Shown: positions 53,431-62,269 of the stretch, in pieces | How positions within the stretch are numbered: the stretch's first letter is position 1 | Layout: every line of letters starts with the position of its first letter | Source: Maricaulis sp. | Lineage (GTDB): Bacteria; Pseudomonadota; Alphaproteobacteria; Caulobacterales; Maricaulaceae | Assembly: GCF_030149235.1 (NCBI RefSeq) | Contig: NZ_JASBRW010000083.1 | Location: 47,964 to 111,963 of the forward strand | Reading direction: 5' to 3' | Length of the DNA: 64,000 nt | Made by a program: the position numbers and the translations under genes | The notes under the pieces: model-generated | Told to the model about the DNA's origin: nothing | What the model saw: the letters and a program-made list of their open reading frames with translations, nothing else | Databases searched by the model: none

Positions 53431-55731
53431 ATGCGTAATCAGCTTTTGGTATCGGCAGCCATGGGTCTGGCGGTTTACGGGTTTGCCGGCGTGGCATACG
53501 CCGCACCACATCATGAGCATGGCCACAAACAGGACGACGGCACCGGCATCGCCGGGACCGTGACCGAGGCCGAACCGGAATTCCGGCACCAGTTCGAACT
53601 GGAGGCCGGCCAGATTGTCACGCTGACGACGCAGTCGGAGGAGAATTTCGACACCGTCCTGACCCTGCTCGGCGCAGGCGGCAAACCGATCACGCAGAAT
53701 GATGATGCCGACCCGACCACGCTGCAGTCGCTGATCCTGTTTGTTGCTCCGGAAAGCGGCACCTATAGCGCGTCTGTCACCGGCTATGGCGGCACCACGG
53801 GCAGTTTTGAACTCCACATCGAAGAGGGTATTGATTTCGGCCTCTCCGATGCAGCGGTGATTTATACCGAAGGCGCTGTCAGCCTCACGAACCGCCAACG
53901 CACTCACGATTATCAGCTGACGCTGGCTGAGGGCGACATCCTGGTCGCCTCGACCGAGGCGCTGACCGAGGGGCTCGACACCACTCTCGTCCTGCTTGAC
54001 GGATCCGGCGACATCATCGCCCTGAATGATGATCGCGGCGATGGCAGCCTGAATTCCCAGATCACTCACCTGATCGAGGCCAGTGGCGACTATACGGTGC
54101 GCGCGGGCAGTTTCAGCGGCTCCGATACCGGAGAACTTTTCTTCTCGGTCGCGACGGATCCCAATGCGGAACTCCCCTTCGACTTCACCTCTATCGAGGG
54201 CGAAAGCATTGCTGTTGATGAAGACCGGATCGATGACAGCCATCCGGTCTATCGCCGCCCGATCACGATCGCGGAAGGCCAGACGCTTTATGCCTATGTT
54301 GACCGCGTCGACGGCGATCTCGACCCCGTTTTGCGGCTGCTCGGCCCGGACGGCATGCCGGTTGCGATGAATGATGACCGCGGCGATGGCTCGCTCAACT
54401 CCGCCTTTGCCTATACCGCCCCGGCCAGCGGCGAATATATCGTCGAAGTGGACCGTTATGGCGGTGGCCCCACCTCCGGCGGCTTCAGCCTCAACCTGTC
54501 CTGGGTCCCCGCCTCGGTCCTGGAAGTCCTCCAGGCCCTGCGCGAATCCATCGTGACGCTGAGCGGTGACCCTCAGAGCTTCCGCACCGAGGATTTCGTC
54601 GTCAATTATACGCTCGATGGCGAGGACAGCACCTCCCTGGCCTATGCCCAAAGCGTCGGTGACGCGCTGCAGCATGCGCTGGAAGAACAGCTAGGTCGCA
54701 TGGGCTGGCGCGAGCCGGTGCGCGATGCCGACGGCCTCTACCGCGCCTTTGTCGCCGATGCCGGCGGCTCGATGGGCGTGACCTATCCGGTCGAAACCGT
54801 ATTCGACAATCCGCACACCGCCGACATCCGCGAACCGCTGGCTTCTCGGACCGTTTTCGTGGTGGAGAATGATTTCGAGGGCTTCGACGAGAAAGAAGCG
54901 CCGGTCGACAGCCTGATGCGGGCGACGGCGACGCATGAGTTCGCTCACGTCGTCCAGTTCGGTTACGATTCCGAGGAAGGTCTTGACTGGCTCTACGAGT
55001 CCACCGCGTCCTGGATCGAGACCGTCACCGTCGGGCACCATCAGGACGCGACCGATTACGTCGAAACCGATTATCAGCGTCCCGAACTGTGCTGGACGAC
55101 CAGTGAAGGCGGGTTCGATTATTCCCAGTGGACGCTTTTACAGTCCCTGGCCGACGTCCATGGCGAACGCGTTGTGGTACGGATCTGGGAAAACGCCGTC
55201 GAGCATGATGGCTTCGACACCATGTCAGTGACCCTCGACGAGGTTGGCACCGACATTCCGGCAGCGCTGCGACGCTGGCGGGCCCAGAACTTCGCCATGG
55301 CCTATGAGCTGGCGCCGTTGTTTGACCGCCCGGTAGCGCTGCACCGCAGCCTCAACAGCGCGGAAAGCTGGACTTCGAAATTCGGCCCGCAGCAATTAGG
55401 TGCCAATTATATCGAGCTCGACCTGGATGGCCGCCACGAGATTTCCCTGAGCGGGAATGACACGCTTGAGCTTGTCGCCCTGGGCCATCGCGATGGCCGT
55501 GTGGATGTCATCGAGCTCGGACAAGGGGGTGTCGTTGACCCGCAGGCCTATGACTATCTCGGCCTGATGGTGTTCAACCCGGTGGTGCCGGACGCTCCGG
55601 GCGAATGCTCGGCGGGCATGTACACGCTGGATATCAACGAGACCCGCCAAGCCGCCTCGCAGAGCGTGTCCTACAGCTTCGACGCGCCGCATTTTACGGC
55701 GCCGACGCCGGTGTCACAGGCCGCGCAATAG
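53431..55731 (+). CDS. secreted putative zinc metalloprotease (HExxH) with three N-terminal PPC-like domains
   Basis: 766 aa from MRNQLLVSAAMGLAVYGFAGVAYA (AAGGGGA RBS). Three ~110-aa repeats carry D(T/P)xLxLLxxxGxxxxxNDD. The catalytic region is ATHEFAHVVQF...LYESTASW. Confidence 0.8.
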   Translation: MRNQLLVSAAMGLAVYGFAGVAYAAPHHEHGHKQDDGTGIAGTVTEAEPEFRHQFELEAGQIVTLTTQSEENFDTVLTLLGAGGKPITQNDDADPTTLQSLILFVAPESGTYSASVTGYGGTTGSFELHIEEGIDFGLSDAAVIYTEGAVSLTNRQRTHDYQLTLAEGDILVASTEALTEGLDTTLVLLDGSGDIIALNDDRGDGSLNSQITHLIEASGDYTVRAGSFSGSDTGELFFSVATDPNAELPFDFTSIEGESIAVDEDRIDDSHPVYRRPITIAEGQTLYAYVDRVDGDLDPVLRLLGPDGMPVAMNDDRGDGSLNSAFAYTAPASGEYIVEVDRYGGGPTSGGFSLNLSWVPASVLEVLQALRESIVTLSGDPQSFRTEDFVVNYTLDGEDSTSLAYAQSVGDALQHALEEQLGRMGWREPVRDADGLYRAFVADAGGSMGVTYPVETVFDNPHTADIREPLASRTVFVVENDFEGFDEKEAPVDSLMRATATHEFAHVVQFGYDSEEGLDWLYESTASWIETVTVGHHQDATDYVETDYQRPELCWTTSEGGFDYSQWTLLQSLADVHGERVVVRIWENAVEHDGFDTMSVTLDEVGTDIPAALRRWRAQNFAMAYELAPLFDRPVALHRSLNSAESWTSKFGPQQLGANYIELDLDGRHEISLSGNDTLELVALGHRDGRVDVIELGQGGVVDPQAYDYLGLMVFNPVVPDAPGECSAGMYTLDINETRQAASQSVSYSFDAPHFTAPTPVSQAAQ

Positions 55732-55770
55732 GTATCATCGTCTGAACGGGAGGCCACCTCCCGGCGACAC

Positions 55771-55812
55771 AAAAAAGGCGCAGGCCGGTCTCACCGGTCT
55801 GCGCCTTTTTCT
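55771..55812. terminator. bidirectional intrinsic terminator
   Basis: GGCGCAGGCCGGT-ctc-ACCGGTCTGCGCC flanked by A6 and TTTTTCTT. It sits between convergent genes. Confidence 0.85.
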
Positions 55813-55834
55813 TGGGGCCGGTCAGGCCTGGGCT

Positions 55835-58018
55835 CTAGCCACCGGCATCGGTGTCAAAACCGCGATTGCGCAACAGCGGCTCGACACTCGGCTCACGGCC
55901 GCGGAAGCCGACATAGGCATCCATGGCTGGCAGGGTGTCGCCAGCAGAGAAGACACTGTCGAGCAGCTTCTGAGCCAGTTCCGGATCGAAGATGTCGCCC
56001 GCTTCCTCGAAGGCGGCAAAGCCGTCATTGTCCAGCACGCCAGCCCAGAGATAGCTGTAATAGCCGGCCGAATAGCCCTCACCTGCGAACGTGTGCAGGA
56101 AGTGTGGGGAACGGTGGCGCATCGGAATGGCGTCCAGATTCTCGCGGCTGGCCAGCACCTCGTCCTCGAAGGCGTGGATATCGATATCGCCTGGCTCGGT
56201 GTTGAGGTGGTAGGCCATGTCGACAAAGCCGGAGTTGAGGAACTCAACCGTGGCGAAGCCCTGGTTGAAGGTCTGTGCCTCCAGCACCCGCTCGAGCAGT
56301 TCCGGAGGCATCGGCTCTCCGGTCTCGTAATGCAAGGCAAAGCGCTCGAGAACTTCCGGTTGCTCCAACCAGTGTTCATAGATCTGCGCCGGGAATTCCA
56401 CGAAATCGCGGTCCACCGCCGTGCCGGCGAGGCTGGGATAATCGGTGTTGGACAACAACCCGTGCAGACCATGGCCGAACTCGTGGAACAGCGTGCTCGC
56501 ATCGATGAAGGACAGGAGCGCCGGCTCCCCATCGGCGGGCTTGTTGTAGTTACAGTTGTTTATGATGATCGGGATATCACCGCTAATGCCGTTCTGCGCC
56601 CGGAAGCTGGACATCCAGGCGCCGCCCCGCTTGCCCGGGCGAGCGAAATAGTCGCCGTAGAACAGGCCGACGACGTCGCCATCGCTATTGGTCATCTCCC
56701 AGACACGGACGTCGGGATGATAAACCTCCATATCGGTGCGCTCGGTGAAGGAGATCCCGAACAGGCGCTCGGCGACGTAGAACTGGGCCTCGATCATATT
56801 GTCGAGCTGGAGGTAGGATTTCACCTCGCTCGGGTCGAGGTCATAGCGCTCGGCGCGAACCTGTTCGGTGTAATAGCGCCAGTCCCACGGCATGACGTCG
56901 TGGTCGAGACCGGCCGCAGCGATGCGGGCTTCAATATCGGCCTGTTCTTCAAGCGCGCGTTCGCGGGCCGGCCACCAGACCTGCTCCATCAGCGAGGTCG
57001 CCGCCAGCGGCGTGCCGGCCATGGTGCCACCGGTGCGGTAATGCGCGAAAGTCTCATAGCCCAGCAGGTTGGCCATCTCGAGACGCAGGCGAAGGATGTC
57101 GCGGATCGTGTCGTGATTATTGTTGGCGTTTTCATTGTCGCCACGGCTGGTCCAGGCGCGCCAGGCCTGTTCGCGCAGTTCGCGGTTCGGCGAGGTCTGC
57201 AGGAAGGGCTCGACGCTGGACCGCGCCAGGGTGATCACATGGCCATCCAGGCCGCGATCAGCCGCCGCGCCAGCGGCCGCGGACACGACGAAGTCCGGCA
57301 AGCCTTCAAGATCCTCGGCGTCGAGCGCCATGGTCCAGCTTTCCCGGTCCGCCTGCTCATTCTGGGCGAACTGGGTGTACAGACCGGCCAGGCCCGAGCG
57401 GACGTCAGCAAAGCGCTGGCGGTCATCGCCTTCGAGCTGGGCGCCAGCACGGACGAAATCATGGTGCGTGACTTCCAGAAGGCGCAGCTGCTGCGGCTCC
57501 AGGTCGAGGCTCTCGCGCTGCTGATACAGGCTGTCGATGCGGGCAAACAGATCGGCATTGAGCGTGATCGAGGCGGAGTGCGCCGCCATGCGCGGGCTCA
57601 TCTCGCGCTGGATGGCGCGGATCTCTTCATTGCTGGCCGAGCTGGCCAGATTGAAGAAGACGCTGCTCATACGGCCCAGCAGGGCGCCGGACTGTTCCAT
57701 CGCCAGGAGCGTATTGTCGAAGGTCGGGGCTTCCGGATTATTGGCGATCGCCTCGATCTCTGCCGAATGGGCGGCCATGGCTACGTCAAAAGCCGGCAGA
57801 AAATGTTCTTCCTCGATGGCATCGAAGGGCGGTGCCTCATGCGGCGTATTCCATGCGCCCAGCAACGGATTCTCCGATGCCGGCACAGCCGCCTCGGCGA
57901 CTTCCGTCGTGTCGGCAACAGGCGTGCCGGCGGTTTCACTCGGGTCCGCGGCTTGCGGCGAACAGGCGGCGAGCAGCAGCACGGAACTGGCTGCGCTCAG
58001 GAGCATTGCGGCTTTCAT
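55835..58018 (-). CDS. dcp: M3-family peptidyl-dipeptidase (Dcp), lipoprotein
   Basis: 727 aa with lipobox LLLAAC, zinc motif HEFGHGLH and an overall M3 layout. Confidence 0.92.
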   Translation of the reverse strand: MKAAMLLSAASSVLLLAACSPQAADPSETAGTPVADTTEVAEAAVPASENPLLGAWNTPHEAPPFDAIEEEHFLPAFDVAMAAHSAEIEAIANNPEAPTFDNTLLAMEQSGALLGRMSSVFFNLASSASNEEIRAIQREMSPRMAAHSASITLNADLFARIDSLYQQRESLDLEPQQLRLLEVTHHDFVRAGAQLEGDDRQRFADVRSGLAGLYTQFAQNEQADRESWTMALDAEDLEGLPDFVVSAAAGAAADRGLDGHVITLARSSVEPFLQTSPNRELREQAWRAWTSRGDNENANNNHDTIRDILRLRLEMANLLGYETFAHYRTGGTMAGTPLAATSLMEQVWWPARERALEEQADIEARIAAAGLDHDVMPWDWRYYTEQVRAERYDLDPSEVKSYLQLDNMIEAQFYVAERLFGISFTERTDMEVYHPDVRVWEMTNSDGDVVGLFYGDYFARPGKRGGAWMSSFRAQNGISGDIPIIINNCNYNKPADGEPALLSFIDASTLFHEFGHGLHGLLSNTDYPSLAGTAVDRDFVEFPAQIYEHWLEQPEVLERFALHYETGEPMPPELLERVLEAQTFNQGFATVEFLNSGFVDMAYHLNTEPGDIDIHAFEDEVLASRENLDAIPMRHRSPHFLHTFAGEGYSAGYYSYLWAGVLDNDGFAAFEEAGDIFDPELAQKLLDSVFSAGDTLPAMDAYVGFRGREPSVEPLLRNRGFDTDAGG

Positions 58019-58135
58019 GACAAATCCCTTGGCAAACTAAGGATGTTATAATGTAACAATAACCTAGCGGAGCGGTCGGCAAAGCTCAACATTACCAGTG
58101 CGTCATGTGCAGGCCGGGAACCGTTGTCGTCGCAA

Positions 58136-59236
58136 TTACTGGCTCGGGTATTCGCCAACGAGATCGTGCACCAGCGTGCGCATGGTACCGAAATCGCTTT
58201 GATCCAGCGTCACGGCAGCAATTGCGATATCGAGCTCCGGAACGTAGACCGAATAAGTGCCCCAGAACCCGCTGTGGGAGTAAGCGGTTACGCCGCCAAT
58301 TTCCTCGACGAAAACCCCCAGGCGATAGCGTTCGGGGGCAACCTGGCCTGGCGCGTCCAGCATCACGCTCAAAGTCGCGGGATCGTCAAACACCTCGCCG
58401 CGGAACAGCCCCCGCCAGAAACGGGCCATATCACGAGGACTGGCAATCAGTCCGCCACCACCATACAGGTCCATCGACCCATTAAAGCCGGTCGCGTCGA
58501 TCTCGCCGAGATATTGGTGCGCCCTGGGCGCTATTGCCGCGCCGGGCTGCTCCACCTGCTCCCACCAGGTCTGGTCCAGACCGACCGTGTCGAAACGCAG
58601 GAGGCGGCGGACAGCCGCGGCAAGCGTTTCTCCGGTGATCCGTTCAATGATGTGGCCAAGCAGGACATAGCCGGTGTCGGAATACACGAAGGCCTCGCCC
58701 GGCGGCCCGAGCGGATCATGGTTCACGGTCAGGAGCTCGACCTGGTGCGCCCGCGTCCACTGCCGCTGCGTGTCTTCGAACACTGCAGCCACATAGGCTT
58801 CATCAGCATGATCCGGCATGCCGGAATTGTGCATCAGCAGGTGGCGCGGTGTGATCAGGTCGGTGCGATAACCGTCCTCTGCAAGGATTGCGTTGAACGC
58901 CGGGTCAATCAGTCCCTCGATCGGGTCATCGAGAGGCGCCAGCCCGCTTTCCCAGAGCCTCAGATAGGCTGCCGCAACATAGGTTTTGGTGTTACTGGCG
59001 ATGCGGACCGGCGTCTGCGCATCCAGCGCCCGACCATCGGGCGCAGCATTGCCGAAAGCTGCGCCGGCACTTGCGCCCGCCTCTGCGCCTTCAATCCAGA
59101 CGGCCAGACCCGCCATATCGGGATGAGCCGCATCGACCTCGGCGAGCCGACTCTCGAGCTGGCCCGCATTCTCGGCGTGAGGTGAACAGGCCAGCAGGGT
59201 ACCGGCGGCGATGATGATCAGGAATTGGCGCAGCAT
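58136..59236 (-). CDS. beta-lactamase-fold serine hydrolase, lipoprotein
   Basis: 366 aa from MLRQFLIIIAAGTLLACS, with SNTK (SxxK), YSDTGY and HSG motifs. Confidence 0.85.
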   Translation of the reverse strand: MLRQFLIIIAAGTLLACSPHAENAGQLESRLAEVDAAHPDMAGLAVWIEGAEAGASAGAAFGNAAPDGRALDAQTPVRIASNTKTYVAAAYLRLWESGLAPLDDPIEGLIDPAFNAILAEDGYRTDLITPRHLLMHNSGMPDHADEAYVAAVFEDTQRQWTRAHQVELLTVNHDPLGPPGEAFVYSDTGYVLLGHIIERITGETLAAAVRRLLRFDTVGLDQTWWEQVEQPGAAIAPRAHQYLGEIDATGFNGSMDLYGGGGLIASPRDMARFWRGLFRGEVFDDPATLSVMLDAPGQVAPERYRLGVFVEEIGGVTAYSHSGFWGTYSVYVPELDIAIAAVTLDQSDFGTMRTLVHDLVGEYPSQ

Positions 59237-59298
59237 GTTGTTCCCGGCTCCAGCGTTTATTGCGCCCGGATCACAGGCGCCCCGGCGAAGACTAGCCA

Positions 59299-60111
59299 TC
59301 AGGCCAGCCGGTGCAATGGCTCAGCCAGCGCAAAGCCGAAACGGGCCAGCGCCCGCGCATACCCCGCCTCCGCCTCGACCCCGGCCGTCAGCAAGGCGCT
59401 GTCGCCGGCGGCGGCTTGGCCCCTCTCCGGCAGCAAGTCATCCACCCGGCGCGCAATCGCCGAACCGGTGTCGAGATAGCTCCAGGCATGCGGGGCCGTC
59501 GCTTCCAGCTCGGCCTGCAGCAAGGGATAGTGCGTGCAACCGAGGACCAGCGTGTCCACCTCTTCCCCCCGCGGTGCCTGGCGGATGGCGTGCTGCAGCC
59601 CGCGCAGAAGGTCCAGATCTGGCGCCGCGCCGGCAAGAACCGCTTCGGCCTCGCGGGCCAGACCTTCAGCCGGCTGGACGATGAAATGGCGGCCCGCGCC
59701 ATGATCGCGTACCAGCGCATCGATATAGCCGGACTGGGCCGTGCGCGGCGTCGCCAGCACGCCGATGACACCGGAGCGGGACTGCTCGGCAGCCGGCTTG
59801 ATGCCGGGCACCGTCCCGACGACCGGCAATTCCAGCGCCTCGCGCAACTCGTTCAGGGCGATCGTCGATGCGGTATTGCAGGCCAGAACCACCAGGCGCG
59901 GCCGCTCCCGGTCGACCGCAGCGCTGATGACGTCGATCACGCGCTGTTTGAGGAAGGCGTCGGCTTTGAGCCCGTAGGGAAAGGCGGCGTTATCGGCCAG
60001 ATAGCGCAGCGGCAGATCCGGGCGGCGCTGGCGAATCTCCGCCGCGACGGAAAGACCGCCAAGGCCTGAGTCGAACACCAAGACCGGGCTGGAAACGGGG
60101 CTGTCGGTCAA
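59299..60111 (-). CDS. murI: glutamate racemase
   Basis: Motifs VFDSGLGGLSV, LACNTAS and LGCTHYP are present. I prefer the TTG start at 60111 because of a GGAG 7 nt upstream, but the listed ORF start (GTG 60150) is possible. Confidence 0.9.
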   Translation of the reverse strand: MTDSPVSSPVLVFDSGLGGLSVAAEIRQRRPDLPLRYLADNAAFPYGLKADAFLKQRVIDVISAAVDRERPRLVVLACNTASTIALNELREALELPVVGTVPGIKPAAEQSRSGVIGVLATPRTAQSGYIDALVRDHGAGRHFIVQPAEGLAREAEAVLAGAAPDLDLLRGLQHAIRQAPRGEEVDTLVLGCTHYPLLQAELEATAPHAWSYLDTGSAIARRVDDLLPERGQAAAGDSALLTAGVEAEAGYARALARFGFALAEPLHRLA

Positions 60112-60380
60112 ACGCCTACTCCGCCAAGTGCACCCGCCTGCGGGCAACACGCTGAAATCATGTCCCGGTTTCTACCCCTGCTCGGCATTGCGGTACAGGG
60201 GGAGATTACCCGCAGGATTTCTGTGCCTTTTGAGAGCAAGTGGAGTATACTTATTCTTGAAAGGGATTTTCATGGACCCGATTCAAATCGCCTGCTGGGA
60301 TGTGTTCGGCAATGTCATTCGCCGCACCTGCCCGGATTGCACCACCGGTCAATCGCGCCTGTCCTGGTATCAGGACTGGT

Positions 60381-61460
60381 TCAAGCTGATGCGCGCACCG
60401 GCTGTTCAGCCAGCTGTTGCAGCGCCCGCTGCCCGGAAAGCAGCGCTCCCTCGATAAGCCCGCCGCTTTCGCTGATCGTCTCGGCACCGGCAAAGGCGAT
60501 ACGCCCGTCAAACCAGGTCTGCTCGAACACGGCTCCGCCATAATGCGGGTGACCGCCGCGATAGCGGCGATCGGCTTCGGTGGCGGTAAACCTTTCCTGC
60601 GACCAATCCAGCAGATGCGTTTCCAGAGGTGAGCGCGCCGCTTCGCCAAAAAGACGGGTAAATTGGTCCAGCACCTTGCCGGTGAGCCCCTCACCTTCGC
60701 GAGTCCGCTGCTCAGCCGGCCAGCCAATAAAGGCAAACAAAACGCCCAGCGACCCGTCGGCCGGGCTTTGATCGGCGATTTCCATGACCGGGCCCTCGCG
60801 GCTGGCGCCACCGCCCGACAGGCCCTGCTCGCGCCAGAAGGGACGCTCATAGACTGCGATCAGCTTGGCATGCGCCCCCATCCAGGTCGGCAGCCCCTGC
60901 AGCGCCCGCGACAAGTCGGGGGACAGCCCCGGCTCCCACACAAGCAGGTCGGCCAGGCGCGGCGGCAAGGCGATAATCGCCTGGTCGGCGGTATGGCTTG
61001 CCCCGCCTACTGTCTCGATTTCAACGCCCTTGCCGCTTCGCACCGTGGCCGCAATTTCACCGGTCCGGATCGTACCCGCCGGCAATTGAGCCGCGAGCCC
61101 CTCGACCAAACCGGACGCCCCGCCGGGAAAGCGGATGGCGTCGCCATACCGGCACGGCGCGGCAAAACGCTGGACCTGGCCGCCTTCTTCATAGCTGAAG
61201 GCGCCGGTTTCGTATTGTGGGGCCGCGTCAACGCCGAGAGCGCGTCGCAGGGTTTCAAGCCGGGTCTGATAGGCCGGCCACATCCAGGCCGGGCCGAGAT
61301 CCGCATGCCCTCCCCCGCCGGCCAGGGGCTGGCTGAGAATGCGCCCGCCGATACGGTCCCGCGCTTCCAGCACGGTTACGTCAAAACCGGCTTCGCGGCC
61401 GGCCACGGCAGCAGAAAGGCCGCTCATGCCCGCACCCAGAACCAGCAAGCTGCGCGCCAT
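60381..61460 (-). CDS. flavin-containing amine oxidase family protein
   Basis: 359 aa with the FAD motif VLGAGMSGLSAA...VLEARDRIGGR. Confidence 0.88.
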   Translation of the reverse strand: MARSLLVLGAGMSGLSAAVAGREAGFDVTVLEARDRIGGRILSQPLAGGGGHADLGPAWMWPAYQTRLETLRRALGVDAAPQYETGAFSYEEGGQVQRFAAPCRYGDAIRFPGGASGLVEGLAAQLPAGTIRTGEIAATVRSGKGVEIETVGGASHTADQAIIALPPRLADLLVWEPGLSPDLSRALQGLPTWMGAHAKLIAVYERPFWREQGLSGGGASREGPVMEIADQSPADGSLGVLFAFIGWPAEQRTREGEGLTGKVLDQFTRLFGEAARSPLETHLLDWSQERFTATEADRRYRGGHPHYGGAVFEQTWFDGRIAFAGAETISESGGLIEGALLSGQRALQQLAEQPVRASA

Positions 61461-62140
61461 CAGGACGCCTCCGGCACGCGGATATCACGCAAATGCCCGG
61501 TCTTTCGCCAGACCTTCACCGGTGCAGACCCGGTCTTGATCACGGCCTCATAGCCATCGGGAAGGCGAAGCCAGCTCCCGGCCGTAAACGTCTCGCCCGC
61601 TTCGGCAAACTCACCTTCGACGACATAGATCTCTGCGCCGCCATCCGTGCTCAGGGTGAGCTCGGTGTCAGCTGTCCAGCGCTCGTGGGCCACGTCCTCC
61701 AGCTCGGAGCTGAACAGGGTTTGCACGCTGACACCCGGCCTTTCGGGATCAGCGATGAAATCAGGAAACTCGGTCTGATAGCGAATTTGCGTCAGATCGT
61801 CCGGGTCAAACTGCCAGAGCTTGACCAGGATCGTACATCCCGGCGCCGACCCGGGCGTATGCGACGTTCCCGGCGGATTGCGCACATAGCTGCCGGCGGG
61901 ATAATCGCCATGCTCATCCTGGAACACCCCGTCGAGCACGAGAAACTCCTCGCCGCCACCATGGATGTGCGGGGAGAAGGAATTGCCCGGCGCATAGCGC
62001 ACAATCGATGTCGCCCGCGCCACTTCGTCGCCGATCCGGTCCAGCATCTTGCGCTCGACCCCGGCCATCGGTGAAGCGCGCCAGGGATTGTCGGCATCAT
62101 GCACCGCGGCCCGGACCGCAAAATCCGCATTGAGTTCCAT
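61460..62140 (-). CDS. ChrR-like bicupin protein (no anti-sigma zinc domain)
   Basis: 226 aa with [12 protein letters not shown] and [41 protein letters not shown], typical of the ChrR cupin domain. It overlaps the amine oxidase start by 1 nt. Confidence 0.78.
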   Translation of the reverse strand: MELNADFAVRAAVHDADNPWRASPMAGVERKMLDRIGDEVARATSIVRYAPGNSFSPHIHGGGEEFLVLDGVFQDEHGDYPAGSYVRNPPGTSHTPGSAPGCTILVKLWQFDPDDLTQIRYQTEFPDFIADPERPGVSVQTLFSSELEDVAHERWTADTELTLSTDGGAEIYVVEGEFAEAGETFTAGSWLRLPDGYEAVIKTGSAPVKVWRKTGHLRDIRVPEAS

Positions 62141-62153
62141 CTTCAGCCTCCAG

Positions 62154-62169
62154 CCTATCTAGTGATAGG
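62154..62169. promoter_or_regulatory. palindrome CCTATC-N4-GATAGG in the cupin/trhO divergent region
   Basis: Perfect 6-bp arms. The sequence CCTATCTAGTGATAGG resembles a TetR-type operator half-site pattern. Confidence 0.3.
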
Positions 62170-62269
62170 TATATGGGTGTCGCGTGGTCGTATTCAAGGC
62201 CTGCAACCGGGCTTTGGGCTTGGTCACCGGGCTTGCTATATAGCCCGCAAAATAAACAAGGCCGTTGCC

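Noticed and set aside
58040-58070. AT-rich near-palindrome GTTATAATGTAACAATAAC upstream of dcp as an operator
   Set aside because: Only the outer 5 bp are truly complementary. It is more simply an AT-rich promoter segment containing a TATAAT-like box.
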